A stretch of DNA of 64,000 bases, taken from Anaerolineales bacterium (lineage in GTDB: Bacteria > Chloroflexota > Anaerolineae > Anaerolineales > RBG-16-64-43). Location of the stretch: the NCBI GenBank assembly GCA_035288225.1, contig DATEAT010000031.1:47678-111677 (forward strand). Reading direction: 5' to 3'. The notes beneath the pieces were generated by a model. It was not told where the DNA came from and did not search any database. It saw only the letters and a program-made list of their open reading frames with translations. Shown here one piece after another: positions 55,042 to 64,000 of the stretch (position 1 is the first letter of the stretch; the number at the start of each line of letters is the position of its first letter). Both the position numbers and the translations under genes were made by a program.

Positions 55042-56709
55042 TTACGGCCGCGGCCCGGAGCGGCGCATGGCTCGCGTCCCAATCCGCTCCAGGAGATGGG
55101 TGCCGCCGCCGATCAGCGCCGGCAGCACGACGCCCAGAGAACATGTGAGCAGCAATTGTAACAAACCCAGAAAGGCCAAGAAGGCGAAGAGGAAATCGGG
55201 TAGCCTCCAGGTGAGGCGCAATCCAAAGTTCCAGAAACCCGGGAGGAGCAGTGGCAGAATCATCGCGGCCGCCAGCAGCGTGTAGAGCTGCAGACGCTGC
55301 GCAACAGGCACCCCGCGCTCGCCGCGCCGCCACGCCTGCCAGGTGACGAGAGCGGCTCCCAGCAGGTAGCCGGCCAGGCCGTTGACACCCGCGGCGGTCA
55401 GAATCCCTGTCTGGCTTTCCACGCTGCTCAACGAGTAGGTTCGCTGCTCAATCAGGATATATAAAACATGGAAGAGCACGACCGCCGACAGAGCGGGCAG
55501 CGCGAGCGGGGCGAGGGCGCGGCGCGCGCGAAGCGCGGCGGCGGCGAGCAGGGCCAGCACCGCCACGGAAATCACCGCGCGCGGCAGGCGTTCGCCCGCG
55601 AGGCGGGCCCCCCGGGCGCGCTGCATGACGGCCTGCGCCTCGGCCACCGGGTCCGCAGCTCTGGCGATGCTTGTGGTTGATCCGGGTTGGCCGATGGCCG
55701 TGAGATAAGCCTGGGCGAGCGCGGTCTGTTGTTGTGCGAGGGCTGCCAAGGATTGTGGCGGTCTGACGAGGATCGGCAGAATGTGGCCCTGGTTGGCCGA
55801 GGGCAAGGGCACGCCGAGCAGAGTGGCCATGGTCGGCGCGACGTCGGCCATGGCGATTGTGCCCAGTTCGCCGGGTTTTACGCCGGCGCCGGCTACGACG
55901 AAGACCGTGCTCAAGGCGTCTGCATCCTGGCCGCCATGCCCGCCACGATCGATCTGCCCGTGATCGCCGACGACCAGCAGCGTGTCGCGCGTCAAATCGA
56001 GCTGCGAGATAATCGAATGCAGCATTCCATCCACACGTGCCGCCGCTTCGGCCCAGTGTGGATCGCGTGGGCCGCCTTCGTGATGGCCGGCGTAATCGAC
56101 CTGGTCGAGATGAATGAGGATGAGACGGGCGTCTCGAGCGGCCAGCCAGGGCAGGGCGGCCTCAAGGACGGTCACATCGGCGGCATGGTCTTCCCCTGCA
56201 GTAAAGAACCCAGCGTCCCGCTCAGCGGCAGGGATCATACGCTCGAACCAGTTGAAGCCCGAGACGGCGGTTGTCAAACCGGCGCGATGACTCACACTGA
56301 ACAGCGTTTCGGCGGGCAGCGGCGTAAGCACGTCGTAGGCGAGGTTGAGCAAGGGCGCGCCGCTGACCTCGGGATAGGCGCCGCTGAGAAGTGCAGCCCA
56401 CATGGGCTCGGAGTACGAAGGCGGGCGGGCAAGCATTTCGGCCGCGGCACCTTTTGCTCGCAACTCGGCCAGGTTCGGCATGAGGTGCGAGTCGAGCGAG
56501 GTGTCGTAACGCAGCGCGTCGACGAGCACGATCACCAGGCGCTCGGTCTGCGCCTCGCCCACCGCGGCGGCCTGCGGCAGAACCTCGGCACGGAAGGGCG
56601 AGCGGAAGGCCGACATCGAATTCATCAGGCCGGCCAGAGCCAGACCGCTCAACCCGGCCAGGACCAGAAATCCGAATGAGCTGAGGGCCAACACTCGATA
56701 GCGGCGCAT
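55042..56709 (-). CDS. alkaline-phosphatase-superfamily (phosphodiesterase/phosphotransferase-like) enzyme fused to a C-terminal polytopic membrane domain
   Basis: An N-terminal TM, then IVLVDALRYD, HLDQVDYAGHHEG and VVGDHGQIDRGGHGG metal-site motifs. The C-terminal ~200 aa has several TM helices. ATG 56709 sits 4 nt after GGAGGT; the track starts 3 nt earlier at TTG. Confidence 0.7.
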   Translation of the reverse strand: MRRYRVLALSSFGFLVLAGLSGLALAGLMNSMSAFRSPFRAEVLPQAAAVGEAQTERLVIVLVDALRYDTSLDSHLMPNLAELRAKGAAAEMLARPPSYSEPMWAALLSGAYPEVSGAPLLNLAYDVLTPLPAETLFSVSHRAGLTTAVSGFNWFERMIPAAERDAGFFTAGEDHAADVTVLEAALPWLAARDARLILIHLDQVDYAGHHEGGPRDPHWAEAAARVDGMLHSIISQLDLTRDTLLVVGDHGQIDRGGHGGQDADALSTVFVVAGAGVKPGELGTIAMADVAPTMATLLGVPLPSANQGHILPILVRPPQSLAALAQQQTALAQAYLTAIGQPGSTTSIARAADPVAEAQAVMQRARGARLAGERLPRAVISVAVLALLAAAALRARRALAPLALPALSAVVLFHVLYILIEQRTYSLSSVESQTGILTAAGVNGLAGYLLGAALVTWQAWRRGERGVPVAQRLQLYTLLAAAMILPLLLPGFWNFGLRLTWRLPDFLFAFLAFLGLLQLLLTCSLGVVLPALIGGGTHLLERIGTRAMRRSGPRP

Positions 56710-56753
56710 CAATACCTCCGGGCGGTCATTCTAGCATGTGTGCCCGGCGGGCC

Positions 56754-56782
56754 TTGTGAGGCGCGCCCGGCCGGGCTAGAAT
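56754..56782 (+). promoter_or_regulatory. putative trmD promoter TTGTGA-17-TAGAAT
   Basis: TTGTGA at 56754-56759 and TAGAAT at 56777-56782. trmD ATG is at 56844. Confidence 0.4.
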
Positions 56783-56843
56783 CGTACGCACGGGTCGCAC
56801 GCAGCGACACGGGATCCCATCCAGGATACTGAGCGGGACAACG

Positions 56844-57626
56844 ATGCTGGACGTAGAAATCTTCACCCTGTTCCCCGGGATGTTCGAAAGCCCGCTGCGC
56901 GAGAGCATTCTCGGCCGCGCGCTGGCTCGCGGCTTGCTGCGCATCCGGCTTCACAATATTCGCGACTATGCCACCGACCGGCATCAGGTGACCGACGACA
57001 CGCCTTATGGGGGCGGAGGTGGCATGGTCATGAAGCCCGAGCCGATCTTCGCGGCCGTCGAAGCGGCGCTGGGCGATCCGCCGCGCCTGCCGGTCATTCT
57101 GCTTTCGCCTCAAGGGGGCCTGTTCACCCAGGAGCGCGCCTGGCAGCTGGCCCAAGCCCCCGGCTTCGCGTTGCTGTGCGGCCGCTATGAGGGCGTGGAT
57201 GAGCGCGTACGCGAGCATCTGGCAACCGAGGAGCTCTCGGTCGGCGACTACGTGTTGAGCGGCGGGGAGCTCGCGGCCATGGTCGTGGTCGAAGCGGTGT
57301 CTCGCCTGCTGCCGGGTGCCATCGGGGATGAAGACGGCGCGCTCGACGACAGCCTGTCGAGCGGGCTGCTCGAGTATCCCCACTATACGCGACCGGCGGA
57401 TTATCGCGGATGGCGTGTGCCGGAGGTGTTGGCCTCCGGGCATCACGCGGAAATCGCTCGCTGGCGGCGAGAGCAGGCGCTGTACCGCACCTGGCAGCGC
57501 CGACCCGACTTGCTGGCCAAGGCCGCCCTCACGCCGCGCGAGCGCGCACTCGTCGACGAGTGGCAAGCGCAGCACAACGCGCACGAAAAACCGACCGAGA
57601 ACGGGGACGACAACCCTCTCGCTTAG
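56844..57626 (+). CDS. trmD: tRNA (guanine37-N1)-methyltransferase
   Basis: [45 protein letters not shown] and [17 protein letters not shown] are canonical TrmD motifs. Confidence 0.95.
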   Translation: MLDVEIFTLFPGMFESPLRESILGRALARGLLRIRLHNIRDYATDRHQVTDDTPYGGGGGMVMKPEPIFAAVEAALGDPPRLPVILLSPQGGLFTQERAWQLAQAPGFALLCGRYEGVDERVREHLATEELSVGDYVLSGGELAAMVVVEAVSRLLPGAIGDEDGALDDSLSSGLLEYPHYTRPADYRGWRVPEVLASGHHAEIARWRREQALYRTWQRRPDLLAKAALTPRERALVDEWQAQHNAHEKPTENGDDNPLA

Positions 57627-57732
57627 GATCCGCGCCGACGAGCACGCGCCGCCTGAGATCGTGTAACGAGTTTGTAGTCACGCAGGTCGACCGGTACCGG
57701 TCGAAATTACCCGAATAGGCCACCCGGCCGTC

Positions 57733-57761
57733 TTGACCCTCATCTAGCCCTGTGCTATAGT
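57733..57761 (+). promoter_or_regulatory. putative promoter TTGACC-17-TGcTATAGT upstream of the first peptide SBP gene
   Basis: TTGACC at 57733-57738, TG at 57753-57754, TATAGT at 57756-57761. Confidence 0.55.
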
Positions 57762-57808
57762 CCAGTCGTTCAGCCCTCATCAGTCAGTCTTCACCGCTCG
57801 GAGCAGAT

Positions 57809-59785
57809 GTGCGGCGCACTATTTCGGCTGGCTCGTTGGGTGTGGGCTCAGTCGCCTTGAGAAACCCCAGCGCATCACCCGCTCGCGCAATCCGCGCGCT
57901 GATCTCTCTCGTGTTCACGGCGCTGTTCCTCTTCGCCTGCACTGGTGGCGGCACGCCTTTGCCGCCCCTAGCGTCGCCCTCCCCCAACCCAACCGCCTCC
58001 CCGATCCCTGCACCGCCCACCACGCTGATGGTGTGCCTCGGCGCGGAACCGCAAAGCCTTTATCTCAACAGCGGCAATGACCTAGCGATGCGCACCGTGC
58101 TGGAGGCGATCTACGACGGCCCGATCGACAGCAACGGATTCGGCTATCAGCCGGTGATCCTCGCAAGCCTGCCGTCAATCGAAAACAAGGGGGCGGTCGT
58201 GGCGCCCGTAGCGGTCCGCGAAGGCGACCGCGTCTTGAACAATGCCGGCGTGCCCGTCACCCTGGCGGTCGGAGAAACGATTCGTCCCGCCGGATGCCGC
58301 GATGCGTCATGCGCCACGACGTATTCCGGCGGCGACCTGACGATGGATCAATTGACGGCGAACTTCGACCTGCGTCAAGGCATTGCCTGGTCGGATGGAG
58401 TGCCGCTCACCGCCGACGACTCGCTCTTCGCCTTCGAAGTTGCCTCCAGCCCCGACACCCCGCTCTCTCCCTATGAACGGGATCGCCTCGACCGCACGCT
58501 GAGCTACAAGGTGCTGGATTCGTTGACCGTGCAGTGGGTGGGGGTGCCCGGTTGGCTCGACCCTGCTTATATGTTGCGGTTCCAGACTCCGTTGCCGCGC
58601 CACGCCTACGGCGATATCGCGCCCAAGGATCTGCTCGTGTCGGAGCTGGCCACGCGCCGGCCGTTGGGGTGGGGCGCGTACGTCATCGAGGAATGGCAGC
58701 CTGGCCGTTACATTGCATTGACCAAGAACACTCGCTACTGGCGCGCCGATGAAGGTCTGCCGTACTTTGACGAGATGACCTTTCGATTCATCGGGGCGGA
58801 TGCCGATGGAAGTGTAGCGGCGCTCCTGGCGGGTGAATGTGATGTGGTGGACCAGAGCGTAGCGCTCGATGACCGCTTGCCCTTACTCATGGCTTTGCGC
58901 GACCGCGGTGTGATTACGCTTTCGTATACGCCCGGCACCGCTTGGGAACACATTGACTTCAATTTGCAGCCGGTGACTCCTTATGTCTACCAGCATCCGC
59001 CGCTGCTTGCGGAACCGCAGTTGCGGCAGGCGCTGGCCTTGTGCACCGACCGCACGACTCTGATTGAGGCGCTGTTCCACGGGGCGACGCACGTGCCGGC
59101 CTCGTTTGCATCGCCGCTCAGCCCGCTGGCCAACCCGGAGGTGGCGCCGTTGGCTTACGACCCGGAGCGCGGGAAGCAGATGCTGGAAGCTCTTGGCTGG
59201 CGCCTGCCCACGGCCGGCGCCAGCACGCTGCGCGTGGCCTCCGGTGTGCGCGGTGTCACGGGCGGCACTCCGCTGCGCTTGGATCTGTATGCCGTGAGCG
59301 GAGTTCAACGTCGGGCAGCAGTGGAAATGCTGGTGGCCAACCTCGCCGAATGTGGTATCGCCTTGAACGTGCAATTCTTCGACAGCGGGCTGTTGCGTGC
59401 CGGGAGTGACGGCGCGGTGTTTGGGCGGCAATTTACAATGGCGCAATACGCCTGGCTGAGCGGCCCCACGCCCTCTTGTGAGTTGTATCTGGGCCGTGAA
59501 ATCCCCTCCGCCGAGAATGGCTGGATCGGCCAGAATGCGACGGGCTTCAGCAATGCCGCATATGACGCAGCCTGCGAATCTGCTCTCGCCGCCTTGCCCG
59601 ACGAGGCCGCCTACGCCGAGGGGTTCCGGCGAGCCCAGCAGATCTTCGCCGAGGCGTTGCCCTCGCTGCCGCTGTACCTCAAATTGCGCGTGCTAGCAGG
59701 CCGTCCCGATCTGGTGGGTCTGCAGGCAGACCCGACCTCGGCCTCCGGGATGTGGAATATCGAGGCCCTTTCCCTGAGTGATTGA
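57809..59785 (+). CDS. ABC transporter substrate-binding lipoprotein, family 5 (peptide/nickel type)
   Basis: Lipobox LFACTGG, with family-5 SBP length and motifs (GLAMRTVLEAIYDG, WSDGVPLTADD, GWGAYVIEEW). GTG 57809 start; the N-terminal boundary is uncertain. Confidence 0.8.
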   Translation: MRRTISAGSLGVGSVALRNPSASPARAIRALISLVFTALFLFACTGGGTPLPPLASPSPNPTASPIPAPPTTLMVCLGAEPQSLYLNSGNDLAMRTVLEAIYDGPIDSNGFGYQPVILASLPSIENKGAVVAPVAVREGDRVLNNAGVPVTLAVGETIRPAGCRDASCATTYSGGDLTMDQLTANFDLRQGIAWSDGVPLTADDSLFAFEVASSPDTPLSPYERDRLDRTLSYKVLDSLTVQWVGVPGWLDPAYMLRFQTPLPRHAYGDIAPKDLLVSELATRRPLGWGAYVIEEWQPGRYIALTKNTRYWRADEGLPYFDEMTFRFIGADADGSVAALLAGECDVVDQSVALDDRLPLLMALRDRGVITLSYTPGTAWEHIDFNLQPVTPYVYQHPPLLAEPQLRQALALCTDRTTLIEALFHGATHVPASFASPLSPLANPEVAPLAYDPERGKQMLEALGWRLPTAGASTLRVASGVRGVTGGTPLRLDLYAVSGVQRRAAVEMLVANLAECGIALNVQFFDSGLLRAGSDGAVFGRQFTMAQYAWLSGPTPSCELYLGREIPSAENGWIGQNATGFSNAAYDAACESALAALPDEAAYAEGFRRAQQIFAEALPSLPLYLKLRVLAGRPDLVGLQADPTSASGMWNIEALSLSD

Positions 59786-59790
59786 GGCAA

Positions 59791-59801
59791 TGTGGTATAC
59801 T
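59791..59801 (+). promoter_or_regulatory. extended -10 element TGTGGTATACT at the start of the 310-nt spacer before the oppD-like gene
   Basis: TATACT at 59796-59801 is preceded by TGTGG. Same motif as at 20729 and similar to 36950. Confidence 0.35.
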
Positions 59802-60096
59802 TTCCTTCCAAATTAGCGTCCTGTGGTGCTGGGCGCCGACTGTGGGGGGCCCGGTTGCGGCAGCCGTGGGTCCGACCAGCCGGCCCTTGCGGTGCGGACC
59901 GCCCGGCGGAGATCGGATGCGATTTGGCTGCGGCGTCCCCTCTCACGACCGTGCCGGACACGGCCGACACACAGCACACTTCCGCACTCTGCAGCACCTA
60001 GACAACAGGGGGTTGTCGGCTCGCGAGGCCCATTGGGCCGTCGTGAGCGTACCCGCACATCCCTCCAAATGGGGTGGAGGCAGACAGAGAGGTGCA

Positions 60097-61086
60097 ATGG
60101 CAGACCTGCTGGATGTCAAAGGTCTGGAGACCCGCTTCAAGACGCGCGACGGGGTGGTGCATGCCGTCAACGGAGTCTCTTTTAATATCAAAGAGGGAGA
60201 AACGCTTGGAGTGGTAGGGGAAAGCGCATGCGGCAAGACCGTCACGATGCTCTCCCTCTTGCGTCTCATACCCGTCCCTCCGGGCAAGATTGCCGCGGGT
60301 ACGGCGTTGTTCCAGGGCAGCGATCTGCTGACGATGACGGAAGAAGAGATCCGTCATGTGCGCGGCGCGCGCATCAGCATGGTCTTCCAAGACCCGATGA
60401 CCTCCTTCAACCCGGTGCTCACCATCGGCCGCCAGCTCACCGAGCCGCTCGAACTGCACCTGGGCATGAGTCAGACTCAGGCGCGGGAGCGTGCGGTTGA
60501 GCTCATGCGCATGGTGAACATCCCCCAGGCCGAGGATCGGCTGAACGATTATCCGCACCAGTTCTCGGGTGGCATGCGCCAGCGGGTGATGATTGCTATG
60601 GCGCTCTCGTGCACCCCGCAGGTGCTGATCGCCGATGAACCCACGACGGCCCTCGATGTGACCATCCAGGCGCAGATTATTGAGCTGGTCAAGCGCTTGC
60701 GCGATGAGATCGGCATGGCCGTCATCTGGATCACCCACGACCTGGGGATTGTTGCCGGGCTGGCCAAGCGGGTGCTGGTCATGTACGCCGGCTATATTAT
60801 TGAAGAGGCCCCGGTCAAAGAGCTTTACGGCAACCCCCTGCATCCATACACCCTTGGCCTGATGGGCAGCCTGCCACGGCTCGACGACACACAACACCGG
60901 CGTCTGGTTTCGATTGACGGAGTTCCGCCGACGCTATACGAGAAACCCGACCACTGCCCGTTTGCCCCACGCTGCACGCATGCGTATGAGCGCTGCTGGA
61001 AGGAAAACCCCCTGCTCCTGCCCGTGGGCGTCGAGCACCGCGCGGCCTGCTGGGTGGACGTCAAGACCGGGAGCCATCGCGAATGA
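60097..61086 (+). CDS. oligopeptide/dipeptide ABC transporter ATP-binding protein (OppD/DppD-like)
   Basis: Walker A GESACGKT, signature FSGGMRQR, Walker [12 protein letters not shown], and a C-terminal HPYT...oligopeptide-transporter domain with Cys residues. Start trimmed to ATG 60097. Confidence 0.9.
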   Translation: MADLLDVKGLETRFKTRDGVVHAVNGVSFNIKEGETLGVVGESACGKTVTMLSLLRLIPVPPGKIAAGTALFQGSDLLTMTEEEIRHVRGARISMVFQDPMTSFNPVLTIGRQLTEPLELHLGMSQTQARERAVELMRMVNIPQAEDRLNDYPHQFSGGMRQRVMIAMALSCTPQVLIADEPTTALDVTIQAQIIELVKRLRDEIGMAVIWITHDLGIVAGLAKRVLVMYAGYIIEEAPVKELYGNPLHPYTLGLMGSLPRLDDTQHRRLVSIDGVPPTLYEKPDHCPFAPRCTHAYERCWKENPLLLPVGVEHRAACWVDVKTGSHRE

Positions 61087-62063
61087 GCGACGACAACATC
61101 CTGCTGCGAGTCGATCATCTCGTCAAGCATTTTCCAATCACGCGCGGGATCATCATACAGCGCCAGATTGGGGCGGTTCACGCGGTGGACGATATTTCCT
61201 TTTTCATCAAGCGCGGCGAGACCTTTGGGCTGGTGGGCGAATCGGGGTGCGGCAAGTCGACCACCGGCCGCACCATCTTGCAGTTGTACCGCCCGACCTC
61301 GGGTCACGTCTACTTTGAAGATGCCGACCTGACAACCCTCAAGCCCGAGAAAATGCGCCTGATGCGGCGGCGGATGCAAATGATCTTCCAGGATCCGTAC
61401 GCCAGCCTGAACCCACGCATGACGGTTGGCGAAATCGTCGGAGAGCCGCTGGTCGTCCACGGGGTGTTGAAGGGCGCGGCGGCGGAGGAGCGCGTAGAGC
61501 AGTTGCTCTCGTTGGTGGGCCTCAACCCGGCCTTTGCCAACCGCTTCCCGCACGAGTTCTCGGGAGGCCAGCGCCAGCGCATCGGCGTGGCGCGCGCCCT
61601 GGCCCTGCAGCCGTCGCTCATCGTGTGCGACGAACCCATCTCGGCCCTGGATGTCTCCATCCAGGCGCAGGTGGTTAACCTGCTCGAGGATCTGCAGAGC
61701 CAGTTTGGCCTGACCTACCTCTTCATCGCGCACGACCTCTCGATGGTGCGCCACATCTCGAACCGCGTGGCGGTGATGTACTTGGGCATCATCGTCGAGC
61801 TGGCCAGCCGCGATGAGTTGTTCGCGCACCCGTTGCACCCGTATACGCAGGCCCTGATGTCGGCGGTGCCCGTGGCCGACCCGGCGGTGGAAGAGAAACG
61901 GCACCGCATCATCCTGGAGGGCGACGTGCCTAGCCCGGTCAACCCGCCCTCGGGCTGCCGCTTCCGCACCCGCTGCCCGCTGGCGCGCGAGATTTGCGCC
62001 GAGCAAGTGCCCGAGTGGCGCGAGCTCTCGCCCATGCACTGGGTCGCCTGCCACATGGTCTGA
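61083..62063 (+). CDS. oligopeptide/dipeptide ABC transporter ATP-binding protein (OppF/DppF-like)
   Basis: Walker [10 protein letters not shown], signature FSGGQRQR, Walker [12 protein letters not shown], and a C-terminal [12 protein letters not shown]...[13 protein letters not shown] overlap with the preceding gene. Confidence 0.9.
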   Translation: MSDDNILLRVDHLVKHFPITRGIIIQRQIGAVHAVDDISFFIKRGETFGLVGESGCGKSTTGRTILQLYRPTSGHVYFEDADLTTLKPEKMRLMRRRMQMIFQDPYASLNPRMTVGEIVGEPLVVHGVLKGAAAEERVEQLLSLVGLNPAFANRFPHEFSGGQRQRIGVARALALQPSLIVCDEPISALDVSIQAQVVNLLEDLQSQFGLTYLFIAHDLSMVRHISNRVAVMYLGIIVELASRDELFAHPLHPYTQALMSAVPVADPAVEEKRHRIILEGDVPSPVNPPSGCRFRTRCPLAREICAEQVPEWRELSPMHWVACHMV

Positions 62064-62180
62064 TTGCTTTGTGGGTTCGAAAGGGAAGGAGGTGATTGCC
62101 GGGCCCAGGCATTTCGAAAACAACGAAAAACCGCGATTGAGTCTGAGTTTGAGTTTGAAACCCTTACAAGGAGGGGAAGC

Positions 62181-63986
62181 ATGCGTACTAAGGTCTTGAG
62201 TGTTGCGTCTCTGTTTATCGTGGCCTCCGTCCTGCTCGCGGCCTGCGGCGGTGGTACCCCGCAAACCGTGGTGCAGACGGTGATGGTCGCGGGCACGCCC
62301 CAGTTGGTCGAGGTCACCGCGGCCCCGCCCGCCGGCGCGAAGATCCTGCACATGAGCACCTCCGGTGCGGGCGACGTACCGACGGTGGACCCCAACATCG
62401 CCGAAGACACGACGTCCATCGAGATCGTCAACATCACGAACATCGGTCTGACCTACCTGCGAGAGGCCGATGCCACGCTGCACCCCGGCATGGCCCAGAC
62501 GTGGGACATCTCAGCGGATGGCCTGACCTACACCTTCCACCTGCTGCCCAATATCCCGTGGGTCCGATGGAACGGCACCGAGGTGGAGAAGGTCCAATCG
62601 TGCCCGGATGAATCCGGCGCCACGAAGGACCGCGTCGTGACGGCGTACGACTTTGAGTACGGAATGAAGCGCGCCTTGACTCCGGCGATCGCCTCGCCCT
62701 ACGCCTACGTGCTCGCCTTTGCTGTCCAGGGCGCCTCTGCGTACAACAACGGCAAGGGCCCGGTCGAGGATGTGGCCGTGAAGGCCATCGACGACGTCAC
62801 CCTCGAGGTGAAATTCGTCGAGGACGCCGCCTACAACATCAACATCATCGGCCTATGGACGGGGCATGCCACGCCCAAGTGGATCATCGAGGGCGATGAC
62901 TGCACCGATGCCCGCGGCGACCGATGGGGCGAGCCCGGCTTCTTCCAGGGCTTTGGCCCGTTCACGCTGAAGGAATGGGTGCACGACTCGTACATCTCGG
63001 TAGTCAAGAACCCGTTCTGGCCAGGGACGCCGGATATCGCGGTCCCGAAACTGGATGAGATCCAGTTCGTTATGCTGGATGCGGTCGCGCAGCTGGCCGA
63101 GTACGAGGCGGGGAACATCGACGTGTCGCTTGTCCCCTCGGCAGACACCGATCGCGTCAAGGCCGACCCGGTGCTTTCGAAGGAGTACTATAACGCCCCG
63201 AACCTGTGCTCCTACTACTACGGGTTCAACACCAAGGCCAAGTTCGTCGATGACGTGCGCGTGCGCCAGGCCCTCTCGATGGCGATCGACCGCCAGGGCC
63301 TGATCGACAACGTGCTCAAGGCGGGACAGGAACCGGCGCAGTGGTTCTCGCGCCCTGGGCTGGTCGCTGCCCCGACGATGGCCGACCACCCGGACCTGGG
63401 CATCAAATCGGATCCGGTGGCGGCCAAGGCCCTGCTCGACGCGTACCTGGCGGAGAAGGGCATCACCGCAGCCGACATGGACCTCACCTTGATGTTCAAC
63501 ACCTCCTCCGGCCACCAGCGCATCGCTGAGGCCATCCAGCAGATGTGGAAGGCCAACCTGGGCCTCGATGTCAAGGTGACCAACCAGGAATGGGCAGTCT
63601 ACCTGGCAACCGTCAAGGACCCGGTGGCGACGCCGCAAATCTGGCGCATGGGTTGGTGCCCGGACTACCCGGATACCAACAACTACATCCGTGAGGTGTT
63701 CATCTTCGGTGGTTCGAGCAACCCGAAGGAAGGCGGCGGCATCAACTGGGGACCCGGCGACTCGAACTATGACGATTGGGAGAAGCTGCTTCTCGCTGCA
63801 GCCAAGGAGCGCGATCCGCAGAAGCGCATTGAAATGTATGCGCAGGCGGAAGAGACCCTGGTGAAGACCGAGGCCGCGATCATCCCGATCTACTGGTACG
63901 TGTCGTCCAGTGTGACGAAGCCCTACGTGATCCGCACCTACTCGGTGACGGGCCACCAAGACTACACCGACTGGGACCTCAAGTAG
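62181..63986 (+). CDS. ABC transporter substrate-binding lipoprotein, family 5 (peptide type)
   Basis: Signal plus lipobox LLAACGGG and family-5 SBP features. Start trimmed to ATG 62181 behind AAGGAGGGG (62168-62176). Confidence 0.85.
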   Translation: MRTKVLSVASLFIVASVLLAACGGGTPQTVVQTVMVAGTPQLVEVTAAPPAGAKILHMSTSGAGDVPTVDPNIAEDTTSIEIVNITNIGLTYLREADATLHPGMAQTWDISADGLTYTFHLLPNIPWVRWNGTEVEKVQSCPDESGATKDRVVTAYDFEYGMKRALTPAIASPYAYVLAFAVQGASAYNNGKGPVEDVAVKAIDDVTLEVKFVEDAAYNINIIGLWTGHATPKWIIEGDDCTDARGDRWGEPGFFQGFGPFTLKEWVHDSYISVVKNPFWPGTPDIAVPKLDEIQFVMLDAVAQLAEYEAGNIDVSLVPSADTDRVKADPVLSKEYYNAPNLCSYYYGFNTKAKFVDDVRVRQALSMAIDRQGLIDNVLKAGQEPAQWFSRPGLVAAPTMADHPDLGIKSDPVAAKALLDAYLAEKGITAADMDLTLMFNTSSGHQRIAEAIQQMWKANLGLDVKVTNQEWAVYLATVKDPVATPQIWRMGWCPDYPDTNNYIREVFIFGGSSNPKEGGGINWGPGDSNYDDWEKLLLAAAKERDPQKRIEMYAQAEETLVKTEAAIIPIYWYVSSSVTKPYVIRTYSVTGHQDYTDWDLK

Positions 63987-64000
63987 TAAGATCGACCGTT

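Noticed and set aside
55042-55044. Treating the phosphodiesterase and maf as one fused gene.
   Set aside because: A clean TAA separates them and a strong AAGGAG overlaps it, which is typical of a re-initiation junction. Read-through is mentioned only as an alternative in the maf finding.

Overview
This is a high-GC bacterial chromosomal segment. I can support about 52 protein-coding genes. I saw no rRNA, tRNA, CRISPR array, transposase or integrase. The gene content, a T-box leader and a Gram-positive-type GAAC-N4-GTTC box suggest a Chloroflexota-like or other Terrabacteria lineage, but that is inference only. All family calls come from motif recognition in the supplied translations; no searches were run.

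Housekeeping blocks:
- rpsB-tsf-pyrH-frr-uppS-cdsA (37.1-41.7 kb)
- T-box-controlled pheST (45.0-49.0 kb)
- a branched-chain 2-oxoacid dehydrogenase E1a/E1b/E2 operon (13.2-16.5 kb)
- priA, trmD, rsgA, a PBP2-type transpeptidase, maf, a cold-shock protein, thiolase and rpiB

Accessory-looking blocks:
- a non-pyrrolysine MttB-family methyltransferase clustered with two phosphoesterases, an APC permease, a DMT exporter and a GntR-aminotransferase pair (0-9.3 kb)
- a membrane HdrD-like Fe-S protein (9.9-12.0 kb)
- a LysM protein, an OmpR/HK pair, an SLT transglycosylase and an unknown 4-TM protein (19.9-24.4 kb)
- a multi-GAF GGDEF protein
- an ECF sigma/anti-sigma/NUDIX operon
- an FHA-SppA-unknown operon
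- an Opp-like peptide ABC locus (57.8-64 kb)

Best leads:
1. A perfect TAGAAC-N4-GTTCTA SOS-type operator sits inside a near-consensus promoter. That promoter drives the unknown 4-TM protein plus a lytic transglycosylase, a candidate new SOS-controlled envelope or division module.
2. A YprA/MrfA-type DUF1998 helicase carries an embedded HNH nuclease motif and is packed directly behind the BCKDH operon.
3. The conserved N-terminus of maf lies upstream of any ATG/GTG/TTG, pointing to an ATC start behind a strong AAGGAG.
4. At least three families of short GC-rich dispersed repeats or hairpins occupy the intergenic regions.
5. The GntR regulator appears to be transcribed leaderless from a consensus promoter that overlaps GTATAC operators.

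Many long antisense or overlapping ORFs in the track are high-GC artefacts and are not reported as genes.
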